Below, piece by piece: positions 1 through 7,460 of a stretch of 36,369 nucleotides of DNA. Source of the DNA: Spirochaetaceae bacterium. GTDB lineage: Bacteria > Spirochaetota > Spirochaetia > Treponematales > Breznakiellaceae. The first letter of the stretch is position 1. Each line of letters begins with the position of its first letter. The stretch is taken from contig JAIRYB010000197.1 of NCBI GenBank assembly GCA_031267955.1, positions 1 through 36,369 on the forward strand, given 5' to 3'. The notes beneath the pieces were generated by a model. It worked only from the letters and a program-made list of their open reading frames with translations, was not told where the DNA came from and did not search any database. The translations under genes and the position numbers were made by a program.

Positions 1-1328
1 AACTCCCGGTTAAGCCGCTTGATGTGGAGCAGCGACGCGATAAAGAGCGGGATGACCGCGCCCAGCCATGCCAGGGGGCCGGCCCAGCAGACGCCGGCAA
101 AACCGAAGCGCTTTGACAGCATGACGGCGCCGAACATCCGCATTACCAGTTCCATGATCCCCGCCAGAGTGGGGGTAAAACTGTCGCCCAAACCCAGAAG
201 ACTCTGGCGGCACACGAACAGGCAGGACAATATGACAAGGCAGGAACCTTCGATCTTGAGATAGGTATGCGCAAGGGAAATAACTTCCGGGTCTTGGCCG
301 ACAAATATGGCCGTAAGGTGATGTCCGGCAAGGAAGAAAACCGCCCCGATTATTACGCTGAAAATACCGGAGAATAAAAGGCACTGGAATATACCCTTCC
401 GGATACGGCCCGCCTTTCGGGCGCCGTAATTCTGCGCCACATAGGTAGTCATAGCCGCGCCGAATGAACTCATCGGCATGGTACCCAGCTGCTCTATTTT
501 TCCGCCGGCGGCAAAGGCGGCTACAGCCAGGGTTCCCAGGCCGTTCAGGGCAAACTGGACCGCTACTATGCCTATCGCGATAATTGAAAGCTGGAATCCC
601 ATCGGGAAGGCCGTCTTTAAGTGCTGCAAGACTTCGGCTTTCGAAAAACGCCAGTCCTCCCGCCTTATGTTTAAGACGGTAAGTTTTTTTCTGATAACCG
701 GAATACAGAAGGCGACGGAAATTGTCTCGGCGATAACCGTGGCGTATGCCGCCCCTTCCACCCCGGTATGGAATACCAGGATAAACACAAAGTCCAGAAT
801 GATATTGACGATACAGGCGATTACCAGGATGAAGAGCGGGGTTTTACTGTCGCCCACCGCCCGCATCATATTGGAAAACAGATTAAAGCCGACGGCCGCG
901 ATAATACCCCAATAGATGACAATAATGTAGTCGCGGGCCCCGTCTATGATTTCAGCAGGGGTGCGCATGAGTACGAGAAATTTCCGGACGGTAATGACGC
1001 TCACCGCGGTTAAAACCAGCGCCATGGCGGCGGAAAGGACGATGCTTACGGCAAAGCTGCGCCGTACCCCGTCCCCGTCTCCCGCGCCGAACCTCTGGCT
1101 TGTTATGATGGCGGCGCCCTGGGTAAAGCCCCCGACAAAACCCAGGATAAAAAAGCTAATGCTCCCGGTACAGCCCACCGCCGCGAGGGCGTTTACCCCG
1201 ATGGTGCGCCCGACAATAAGGGTATCCGCCATGTTGTAAAACTGCTGGAAGAGGTTTCCGATAAACAGCGGTACGGCAAAACCGATGATCAGCAGGGCGG
1301 GGCTGCCCACCGTTAAATTTTTAGTCAT
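1..1328 (-). CDS. MATE family efflux transporter (C-terminal end runs off the left edge of the window)
   Basis: My own reverse-complement translation from ATG at 1328-1326 gives MTKNLTVGSPALLIIGFAVPLFIGNLFQQFYNMADTLIVGRTIGVNALAAVG..., a typical MATE N-terminus. The frame stays open to position 3 (...HIKRLNRE). It is absent from the ORF track because there is no stop inside the window. About 442 codons are visible, close to full MATE length. Confidence 0.85.
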   Translation of the reverse strand, partial: MTKNLTVGSPALLIIGFAVPLFIGNLFQQFYNMADTLIVGRTIGVNALAAVGCTGSISFFILGFVGGFTQGAAIITSQRFGAGDGDGVRRSFAVSIVLSAAMALVLTAVSVITVRKFLVLMRTPAEIIDGARDYIIVIYWGIIAAVGFNLFSNMMRAVGDSKTPLFILVIACIVNIILDFVFILVFHTGVEGAAYATVIAETISVAFCIPVIRKKLTVLNIRREDWRFSKAEVLQHLKTAFPMGFQLSIIAIGIVAVQFALNGLGTLAVAAFAAGGKIEQLGTMPMSSFGAAMTTYVAQNYGARKAGRIRKGIFQCLLFSGIFSVIIGAVFFLAGHHLTAIFVGQDPEVISLAHTYLKIEGSCLVILSCLFVCRQSLLGLGDSFTPTLAGIMELVMRMFGAVMLSKRFGFAGVCWAGPLAWLGAVIPLFIASLLHIKRLNRE

Positions 1329-1554
1329 TATTAATCGTTGTTTGAAAAAATTTAAGCGCCGGGCTTCAGCCTACGGGCTCGCGGGCAGCGCAATCCGGAT
1401 TTTTCCGTTTCGCCTGCCTGCTTCCGCGCGAAAAAGAGTATCCGGGTAAAATCCGGGATGCCGGAGCGGAAATTCGCGGGCCCGCGGCCCTTCCCGCCGC
1501 ATAGTGCCTGTCCGGGATCATTTTACGGGCCGGCTTAACGTTCCGCGCGGAGGC

Positions 1555-1884
1555 TCATTCCGGCGCGCCTCCGGGCCCCCGGCCCGGTTCTTCTTCCGAA
1601 GCAAGGGCGAGCATGCGCTTAAAGGCCGAGTTGGGCTTTTTAAGTTCCCGGGACCCCCGCGTTATTTTGCACAGGGACAGGCCCAGCTGTTTGGCTATCT
1701 CCCGCTGGGGTATTTTCTTGTCCAGAGCCTTAACCAGCGCCCAGCGGGCGGCAATATCCGCTGTTTCCGCAGGGGTCAGGATGCATGCAAAGAATTGTTC
1801 AATCAGTATACTGTCGGCGGTTTTGGCAAAGGCGCGGGCCAGTTCCGAAAGGTTTTCCGCCACTCTGGGATCTTCCAAGTTCAT
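1555..1884 (-). CDS. TrpR / YerC-YecD family small DNA-binding protein
   Basis: 109-aa ORF. LTPAETADIAARWALVKALDKKIPQREIAKQLGLSLCKITRGSRELK matches the helix-turn-helix core of the Trp repressor / YerC-YecD family. It lies directly upstream of the MATE gene on the same strand. Confidence 0.7.
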   Translation of the reverse strand: MNLEDPRVAENLSELARAFAKTADSILIEQFFACILTPAETADIAARWALVKALDKKIPQREIAKQLGLSLCKITRGSRELKKPNSAFKRMLALASEEEPGRGPGGAPE

Positions 1885-1890
1885 ATTTAA

Positions 1891-1918
1891 AGTATAGGAG
1901 ACTGATAAGAATTGTCAA
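1891..1918 (-). promoter_or_regulatory. Near-consensus sigma-70 promoter TTGACA-N16-TATACT ending 6 nt before the ATG of the TrpR-like gene
   Basis: The minus strand reads TTGACAattcttatcagtctccTATACTttaaatATG. The -35 is at 1918-1913, the -10 at 1896-1891 and the ATG at 1884-1882. No Shine-Dalgarno fits in the 6-nt gap. Confidence 0.5.
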
Positions 1919-1950
1919 ATTCAAAGGCCCCGGAAAACAAATTACAGGGT

Positions 1951-2616
1951 TTAGATCCTGGTTTCCCGGACCAGGTCAAGGAGTTCGCCGGGGCGGTCTA
2001 TGATGCGGGGGGCGCTCGCTTTTTCAAGCGCTTCCCGGCTCCGGAAACCCCAGCTTACCAGGAGGGGCGAGCATTCGGCGGCCAGGGCGGTTTCCAGGTC
2101 AACCTCGGAATCGCCGGCGAATACGGTTTCCCGGGGGGTAACGTCGAGCCTCATCAGAAGTTCCCAGGTGGAGGCGGGGTCCGGCTTTCTTGGAACGCCG
2201 GGCGTTTCCCCCTGTACGGCCTCGAAGGTTCCGGCGGGAAAAAGCCGGTCAATGACCATACGCGCCACCGGGTCCGGCTTGTTGGTCAGGACGGCGGTCT
2301 TTATCCTGAGATTCCTCAGGCCGAAGATCAGTTCCAGAATACCCGGGTATATTTTTGAATGGACCACGGGTTTTTCCGCGTAAAGCCGCGCGGCGCGCTC
2401 CGCAAGCTCCCGGGCAAGTTTTTCGTCCCGGTTTTCCCCGGGCAGGGCAAGATAGGCCAGATGCCTGATGCCGTTTCCCACAATGCCGGCGTAGTCTTCG
2501 CCGGGGAGGGCGGGGAAACCCCGCTCGCAGAGGGCTGTGTTCATGGCAAGGGCGATATCCTCCAGAGTATCCACCAGGGTTCCGTCAAGATCAAAAACAA
2601 CGCATTTAAACCGCAT
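1951..2616 (-). CDS. HAD-IA family hydrolase (phosphoglycolate phosphatase-like)
   Basis: MRFKCVVFDLDGTLVDT carries HAD motif I (DxDGT). The C-terminal ...FAGDSEVDLETA carries motif IV. The track ORF starts at TTG 2622; ATG 2616 is two codons downstream and more likely. Confidence 0.8.
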   Translation of the reverse strand: MRFKCVVFDLDGTLVDTLEDIALAMNTALCERGFPALPGEDYAGIVGNGIRHLAYLALPGENRDEKLARELAERAARLYAEKPVVHSKIYPGILELIFGLRNLRIKTAVLTNKPDPVARMVIDRLFPAGTFEAVQGETPGVPRKPDPASTWELLMRLDVTPRETVFAGDSEVDLETALAAECSPLLVSWGFRSREALEKASAPRIIDRPGELLDLVRETRI

Positions 2617-2679
2617 ACGCAACTATCCAGCCAGGGGCTGAAAGTTACCGCCGTTCAGCCTGAACTGATTCCTCCGCTT

Positions 2680-2793
2680 GGGGGGTAGCCTGACCATACC
2701 AGTAGCGCCGGGGTCAGGCGTAGGGGGGGCGGACGGCGGCCTCCTGCCGCAGGCAGGATTTACCCGCCCGCAGTACGGTAACAGCCCCCCCGC
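2680..2793. repeat. Copy A of a GC-rich structured intergenic repeat (G-run/TAGC module, hairpin, then a G7C...GC7 closed element)
   Basis: GGGGGGTAGC lies at 2680-2689. Hairpin GCCTGACC (2688-2695) pairs with GGTCAGGC (2712-2719). GCGTA-GGGGGGGC-GGACGGCGGCCT...CCCGCC...CGGTAACA-GCCCCCCC-GC spans 2718-2793. The closing stem is GGGGGGGC (2723-2730) with GCCCCCCC (2784-2791). There is an inner palindrome CCTGCC-gca-GGCAGG. A second copy lies at 22926-23112. Confidence 0.7.
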
Positions 2794-2810
2794 AAGATCG
2801 ATCGCAAAAA

Positions 2811-5192
2811 TTACCGCAGCCTGGACCTGTTGTAGTTTATCAGGCTTCCCGCGAGAACTATCTCCTTTTCGCCAGGAGTCAGGACGGGCGTCTTTAAGGC
2901 AAGGGGAAAACTGGTAAATACAAACCCGCCGGTGCCGGAAGGAGCCGGCTCGCTCCGGATGATAAGGGCATTGAGGGTTTCACCGCCTTTTACAAGCGCG
3001 GTTCTGACCCGGGGTATAAAGATATAATCGCCGTTCCTGAAGGCTGGCTCCCCGTCCAGGGTAAAGGGAAGTATGCCCCAGTTGATAAGGTTGCTGCGGT
3101 AGCGTTTGGTGGCGTATTCCAGGGCAAAATTGGCAAGTCCGCCCAGGACCCGCTGGCAGCTTGCCGCCTGTTCCCGCGCGCTGCCGTCGCCGGGTTTGGC
3201 CGCGTAAATCGCCGACCCTATCCTCATATCGGCAAGTTCCGCCGGGCCTGCCGCCGGAAGTTCTGAAAGCCCGGATATAAGCGGGGAAAGTTCGGGGAGC
3301 GGCCCGAATTCGGGGAACGCGTCTTTTCCGCCCGGGAAGCCTTTTCCCGCAAGGTCCAGGCGCAGGGCTTCGGCTTCCCGCAGCGCCTTGGCCCGGCCCA
3401 CATAAGACGGGTCCTTGCGCGAAAGGGTGAATTCCGCGAGCCCTACGGGGTTTGACCGGTACGATGAAGTTTCCCCTGACGGGATGATCTCGTCGGTGGT
3501 GGTTACCGGGTCGGTGATGAACGAGGCGATTTTGAGGAGCAGGTGCTCCCCTAAATTTTCCATTTCCGGCCAGCCTGTGATACTGGGGCCGTAACGCAGG
3601 GACGCCTCCTTGCGGGGCCGCCCGGACCCGTCAAAGACGCGGGATCTGTACGGGCTGTCGTCGTAATGATAGGGCGGGAATTTTTCGGGTACGGGAAAAC
3701 GGGCCGCCGAGGCGAGGAAGCCGCCTGACGCCATGGTGGCGGCGACGCTCCGGGCATCCATAAGGGCGACGGAGGCGATCTGGCCGTCGGCCGGGCGGGA
3801 CCCTTCGCGGTTGGGAAAATTCCGGGTGCTGTGCCGGATGGAAAGGCAGTTGTTCGCGGGTACATCCCCGGCGCCGAAACAGGGGCCGCAGAAGGCGGTG
3901 CGGAGTATCACCCCGCGCGAGACGAGGCTTGCCGCGGCGTTGTTCCGGGCAAGTTCCAGCAGCACGGGCTGGCTTCCGGGGTATACCGAAAGGGAAAAGG
4001 CGCCGGGAAGAGCGGCGCTTTCAGGCGTCTTTTCAAGCACGGCGGCGGCGGCCATGATATTTTCGTAGGTCCCCCCGGCGCAGCCCGCAATGATTCCCTG
4101 GCCGGCGCGTATCCTGCCCTTTTCGTCGATTTTATCGGTAAGGGTAAAATTGATGTTCCGGTTTTCAAAGAGTCCCGCCGCGTCCTTTTCAACCTGCCTC
4201 AATATGTCGCCCGGGTTTTCCAAAAGCGAGTCGATTTCGTAGACATTGCTGGGGTGGAAGGGGAGGGCGATCATGGGCTTTATACGGGAAAGATCGATCC
4301 TGATAAACCGGTCGTAATACGCGACATCCGCCGGGCGCAGGGCTTTGTAATCGGAAGCGCGCCTGTGCAGGGCAAGGTAATCGCGGACCGTTTCGCCGGT
4401 TTCCCAGATCGAGGACCAGCAGGCGGTTTCCGTGGTCATAACATCGATGCCCGAGCGGAATTCGACCGAAAGGCCCGCCGCCCCCTCGCCGGTGAATTCC
4501 AGGACCGCGTTTTTCGCGAACCCGTTCTTGAATACCGCGCCGATAAGCGCGAGCGCCACGTCCTGGGGGCCGACCCCGTTCCCGGGTTTTCCGCTCAAAT
4601 AAACGCCCACCACGGCCGGATAGCCGATGTCATAAGTTTCGCCTAAAAGCTGTTTTACCAGTTCGCCGCCCCCTTCCCCGACCCCCATGGTCCCAAGGGC
4701 GCCGTAGCGGGTGTGGCTGTCGCTGCCGAGTATCATCCTGCCGCAGCCCGCCCAGGTTTCCCGCATATACGAGTGGATAACCGCAAGGTGCGCGGGCACC
4801 CAGACGCCGCCGTATTTTTCCGCGGCGGAAAGGCCGAACAGATGGTCGTCCTCGTTGATTGTGCCGCCCACCGCGCAGAGGGAATTGTGGCAGTTGGTAA
4901 GAATATACGGCAGCGGGAAACGTTCCAGCCCGCAGGCCTGGGCTGTCTGGATGATGTTGACAAAGGTGATGTCATGCGAGGCCAGGGCGTCGAATTTCAG
5001 CCGGAGCCCTGCCCCGTCCTTCCCCCGGTTGTGGGAGGAGAGTATGCCGTGGGTTATGGTCCCTTCCCGCGCCGGTTTTTTTGCCCGGTCCGCGCCCAGG
5101 CGTTTTACGAGAAGGCCGGAATTTTCCGGCGTGTCCTCCACGGCTTCCCGGCCGTTAAAAAGCCAGACCCCGCCGTCAATCAGTTCTATCAT
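2811..5192 (-). CDS. Aconitase-family Fe-S hydro-lyase (793 aa, substrate not assignable)
   Basis: Aconitase hallmarks are present: GSDSHTRYGALG, IAGCAGGTYENI (aligns to IGSCTNSSYEDM), FCGPCFGAGD (the CxxC cluster ligands) and GDGSAREQAA (aligns to GEGSSREHAA). The N-terminal region is divergent. Confidence 0.8.
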   Translation of the reverse strand: MIELIDGGVWLFNGREAVEDTPENSGLLVKRLGADRAKKPAREGTITHGILSSHNRGKDGAGLRLKFDALASHDITFVNIIQTAQACGLERFPLPYILTNCHNSLCAVGGTINEDDHLFGLSAAEKYGGVWVPAHLAVIHSYMRETWAGCGRMILGSDSHTRYGALGTMGVGEGGGELVKQLLGETYDIGYPAVVGVYLSGKPGNGVGPQDVALALIGAVFKNGFAKNAVLEFTGEGAAGLSVEFRSGIDVMTTETACWSSIWETGETVRDYLALHRRASDYKALRPADVAYYDRFIRIDLSRIKPMIALPFHPSNVYEIDSLLENPGDILRQVEKDAAGLFENRNINFTLTDKIDEKGRIRAGQGIIAGCAGGTYENIMAAAAVLEKTPESAALPGAFSLSVYPGSQPVLLELARNNAAASLVSRGVILRTAFCGPCFGAGDVPANNCLSIRHSTRNFPNREGSRPADGQIASVALMDARSVAATMASGGFLASAARFPVPEKFPPYHYDDSPYRSRVFDGSGRPRKEASLRYGPSITGWPEMENLGEHLLLKIASFITDPVTTTDEIIPSGETSSYRSNPVGLAEFTLSRKDPSYVGRAKALREAEALRLDLAGKGFPGGKDAFPEFGPLPELSPLISGLSELPAAGPAELADMRIGSAIYAAKPGDGSAREQAASCQRVLGGLANFALEYATKRYRSNLINWGILPFTLDGEPAFRNGDYIFIPRVRTALVKGGETLNALIIRSEPAPSGTGGFVFTSFPLALKTPVLTPGEKEIVLAGSLINYNRSRLR

Positions 5193-5210
5193 ACCTTCGC
5201 TCCGTTCCGA

Positions 5211-5600
5211 TTAGGAAGCCTCTTTTATGGCGAGTATTTGCTGGGGGCAGGCCTTGGCGCAGATTCCGCAGGCTATACACTTGCTCGGATTTGCCGCGCC
5301 TTCCGCGCGGACCATCACCTTAAAGGGGCAGGCTTCAAGGCATTTGCCGCAGTTTACGCAGGACTTCTTGCTGATCATGTAAACTCCGCTGTTGTTCTGG
5401 GTGATTGCCCCGGACTCGCAGGCTTTGGCGCATTTGCCGCACTGGATGCAAATCGCGACAGAGGGTTTGCCCTCTTTTTCCCCGATCTGGATACACGAAA
5501 GCCTGATGTCATCGTTCTTGTAAAACGCCTTGGCGCAGGCCAGTTCGCAGGTCCTGCAAGCCATACAGGCAGATTTGTCGGTTACCGCCAGTTTTTTCAT
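5211..5600 (-). CDS. 4Fe-4S polyferredoxin-like protein (four CxxCxxCxxxC motifs)
   Basis: MKKLAVTDKSACMACRTCELAC..CIQCGKCAKAC..CVNCGKCLEACP..CIACGICAKACP. Start moved to ATG 5600, which is preceded by GGAGG (minus strand GAATGGAGGCATTGAATCTATG). The track ORF extends to 5783 through non-coding-looking sequence. Confidence 0.8.
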   Translation of the reverse strand: MKKLAVTDKSACMACRTCELACAKAFYKNDDIRLSCIQIGEKEGKPSVAICIQCGKCAKACESGAITQNNSGVYMISKKSCVNCGKCLEACPFKVMVRAEGAANPSKCIACGICAKACPQQILAIKEAS

Positions 5601-5860
5601 AGATTCAATGCCTCCATTCTTAGGTATATCGTTCCAGTATGCCGCAAAAAGCGGAAAAAGGGAAGTTCCATTTGCCGCCTGCGGTAATTTTGCAATCCGG
5701 CCCAAAACAGGGAGGTAGAAATTCCTGTGCGGCATCCTGGGCGGCGGGAAAGACGGTTTTACCGCCCCGTTAAAGCTGAGCAAGGCCCCTCCCTTTACGC
5801 ATGTGTAGTTAAGACTTTCAAAAAAAGATCGTATTGTCCGCTTTTTCCGGGATAAATATC

Positions 5861-5889
5861 TTGACGGGGATTATATATAGGGAAATAAT
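5861..5889 (+). promoter_or_regulatory. Candidate sigma-70 promoter of the dcw cluster (TTGACG-N17-AATAAT)
   Basis: TTGACG at 5861-5866, a 17-nt spacer, AATAAT at 5884-5889. It sits in an AT-rich island in otherwise GC-rich DNA, about 55 nt upstream of the mraZ start. Confidence 0.5.
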
Positions 5890-5897
5890 GTAATTAC

Positions 5898-5942
5898 GTG
5901 GGATATTGTGGGATAATTTAGGAAATTTTAGGGAAAAGTGGT
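5898..5942 (+). promoter_or_regulatory. Array of five 10-bp-phased GTGGG/TTAGG boxes (putative MraZ operator)
   Basis: GTGGG at 5898, GTGGG at 5908, TTAGG at 5918, TTAGG at 5928 and GTGGT at 5938, spaced exactly 10 bp apart. The array lies between the -10 and the GTG start of mraZ. E. coli MraZ is known to bind repeated TGGGN motifs separated by 5-nt spacers at Pmra. Confidence 0.55.
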
Positions 5943-6410
5943 GTGGAATTAAAAACCGGGAATTTTCCGACTACGCTGGACGACAAGGGCAGGGTAGGTA
6001 TTCCGGCAAAGCTCCGGGACCGTTATTCAGGCGAACTGGTGATTACCTGCGGTATAGAGCACTGCGCCTGGGTGATGAAGCCTGATGTTTGGGAGCATGT
6101 CGTAGAAAAACTTACCAATTCCGACCTTTTAACCGAAAAAGAGCGGCTTTTGATTGAGCATAAGTACATCAATCAGGCCCAGGTGCTGGAGCCGGACAGG
6201 GCCGGCCGCGTTTCCATTCCCGCGCCTTTCCGCCGTTATGCCCGGCTTACAAAGGAATGCCTTGTGATAAGCGCGGAAAACCGGCTGGAAATCTGGGACG
6301 AAGAATTTTTCTTCTCGTTCCTGGATGAGAATCAGGAAGCTGTGCAGGCGGCGATAAACAAGATGGGGTCGCTTAAGCTCTTCAGAATGGGCGCCGGGGA
6401 TAACGGCTGA
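5943..6410 (+). CDS. mraZ: Transcriptional regulator MraZ
   Basis: GTG start. NFPTTLDDKGRVGIPAKLR and a second SpoVT/AbrB-like repeat (LEPDRAGRVSIPAPFR) are the duplicated DxxGR MraZ motifs. It is the first gene of the dcw cluster. Confidence 0.92.
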   Translation: MELKTGNFPTTLDDKGRVGIPAKLRDRYSGELVITCGIEHCAWVMKPDVWEHVVEKLTNSDLLTEKERLLIEHKYINQAQVLEPDRAGRVSIPAPFRRYARLTKECLVISAENRLEIWDEEFFFSFLDENQEAVQAAINKMGSLKLFRMGAGDNG

Positions 6411-7414
6411 TGGACATTGTCCATACGCCGGTACTGCTTGAAGAAACTATCGCTTATCTGGCCCCCCGCGGGGACGGGGAGCTTATGGTGGACGCGACGC
6501 AGGGGGAGGGCGGGCATAGTTATGCCTTTTTATCCCGTTTTCCGGCCCTGCGCCTTATAGGCATTGACGCGGACGCCGGTATACAAATGACGGCCCGCGC
6601 GCGTTTGAGCGGGTTCGGGGGCCGGGCGCGGTTTTATAACGGCTGGGCCCAGGATTTTTTTGCCGGGCTTGCGGACAGCCGCGAACCCGGCGCCGGGGTG
6701 GACGCCGCGCCCGGTATGGCCGAAAGTCCGGACACGGTTTTGATTGATCTGGGGGTGAGTTCCTACCACTATGAAAAAAGCGGGCGGGGATTCAGCTTCA
6801 GGAAAGACGAAGCGCTGGATATGCGTATAGGGGCCGGCAGAGGGCCGGGAGCCGCGGAACTTATCGCGCGGCTTTCCGAGCGGGAGCTGGCGGATATGCT
6901 TTACCGAAACGCCGGGGAGCGGTATTCCCGGCGTATTGCCCGGGCCATTGTGGAAGAACGGGGGAGGGGGGCGATTGAAAGTTCCCTGGCGCTGGCGGAA
7001 ATTGTGCGGGCCGCAACGCCGCGCTCTTACGGCAGGGGGGGGATGCACCCGGCGACACGAAGCTTCCAGGCCATCAGGGCAGCGGTAAATCTGGAACTTG
7101 AGGGGCTTCCGGATCTTTTGGAAAAGGCCTTTGCGGTTTTAAAACCCGGGGGCCGTTTGGGCGTGATTAGTTTTCATTCGGGAGAAGACAGGATAGTGAA
7201 GAATTTTTTCCGGGACAAAAGCAGGGAGTTTCCAGCTTCAGGGGAAAATTCCTCTTTTGCCGGAACGAAAGAGCCGATAGTAAAAGGTGAAGGGCGGAGG
7301 GTTTTGAAACTTCTAACCCGTAAGCCTGTGGTTCCGGGCGAAGAAGAAACCCGGAATAACCCGCCTTCCCGGAGCGCGAAATTCCGGGCCGTGGAAAAGC
7401 TATCCGGGGCCTGA
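6410..7414 (+). CDS. rsmH: 16S rRNA (cytosine1402-N4)-methyltransferase RsmH (MraW)
   Basis: HTPVLLEE...VDATQGEGGHS...DLGVSSYH...ISFHSGEDRIVK...NPPSRSAKFR are RsmH signatures. The ATG overlaps the mraZ stop (TGATG). Confidence 0.95.
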   Translation: MDIVHTPVLLEETIAYLAPRGDGELMVDATQGEGGHSYAFLSRFPALRLIGIDADAGIQMTARARLSGFGGRARFYNGWAQDFFAGLADSREPGAGVDAAPGMAESPDTVLIDLGVSSYHYEKSGRGFSFRKDEALDMRIGAGRGPGAAELIARLSERELADMLYRNAGERYSRRIARAIVEERGRGAIESSLALAEIVRAATPRSYGRGGMHPATRSFQAIRAAVNLELEGLPDLLEKAFAVLKPGGRLGVISFHSGEDRIVKNFFRDKSREFPASGENSSFAGTKEPIVKGEGRRVLKLLTRKPVVPGEEETRNNPPSRSAKFRAVEKLSGA

Positions 7415-7417
7415 ACG

Positions 7418-7437
7418 CTTCCGGCGGATTCCGGAAG
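7418..7437 (+). other. 7-bp perfect hairpin in the rsmH-ftsL spacer
   Basis: CTTCCGG (7418-7424), loop cggatt, CCGGAAG (7431-7437). No U-tract follows, so it is not a classical terminator. Confidence 0.3.
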
Positions 7438-7460
7438 GGCGGCCTGATAGAGAGGGTGCA

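Noticed and set aside
2634-2641. GGGGCTGA, resembling the 5' end of tmRNA
   Set aside because: Only about 190 nt of intergenic DNA is available. There is no tRNA-like 3' end (no TPsiC arm or CCA-proximal acceptor complement) and no tag reading frame.
2678-2917. ORFs 2678-2917 (+) and 22944-23192 (+) that run through the two repeat copies and give vaguely similar peptides
   Set aside because: The peptide similarity is a by-product of the shared nucleotide repeat. There are no RBSs. One overlaps the 3' end of the aconitase-like gene and the other overlaps the flgB RBS and start. The inserts differ in length by a non-multiple of three.
4713-5687. Other long alternative-frame or antisense ORFs (4713-5687 +, 3831-4646 +, 15058-15858 -, 19656-20435 -, 21892-22767 -, 16092-16799 -, 12273-12932 -, 27491-28186 -)
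   Set aside because: All overlap strongly recognisable genes (aconitase-like, xerD, xerC, hslU, TPR/dprA, ftsA, fliH). Their composition is low-complexity and Arg/Pro/Gly-rich. They lack RBS or operon logic and are best explained by stop-codon depletion in GC-rich sequence.
5601-5783. 61-codon N-terminal extension of the ferredoxin ORF in the track
   Set aside because: The cysteine-motif protein starts cleanly at MKKLAVTDKSAC with a GGAGG RBS. The upstream part is Pro/Phe-rich with no ferredoxin features and probably lies in the 5' UTR or divergent promoter region shared with mraZ.
5890-5897. Palindrome GTAATTAC within AATAATGTAATTACG, superficially like a dif/Xer core, near two Xer recombinase genes
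   Set aside because: It lies between the -10 element and the MraZ boxes of the dcw promoter. It lacks the 11-6-11 dif architecture and is more simply part of the promoter/operator.
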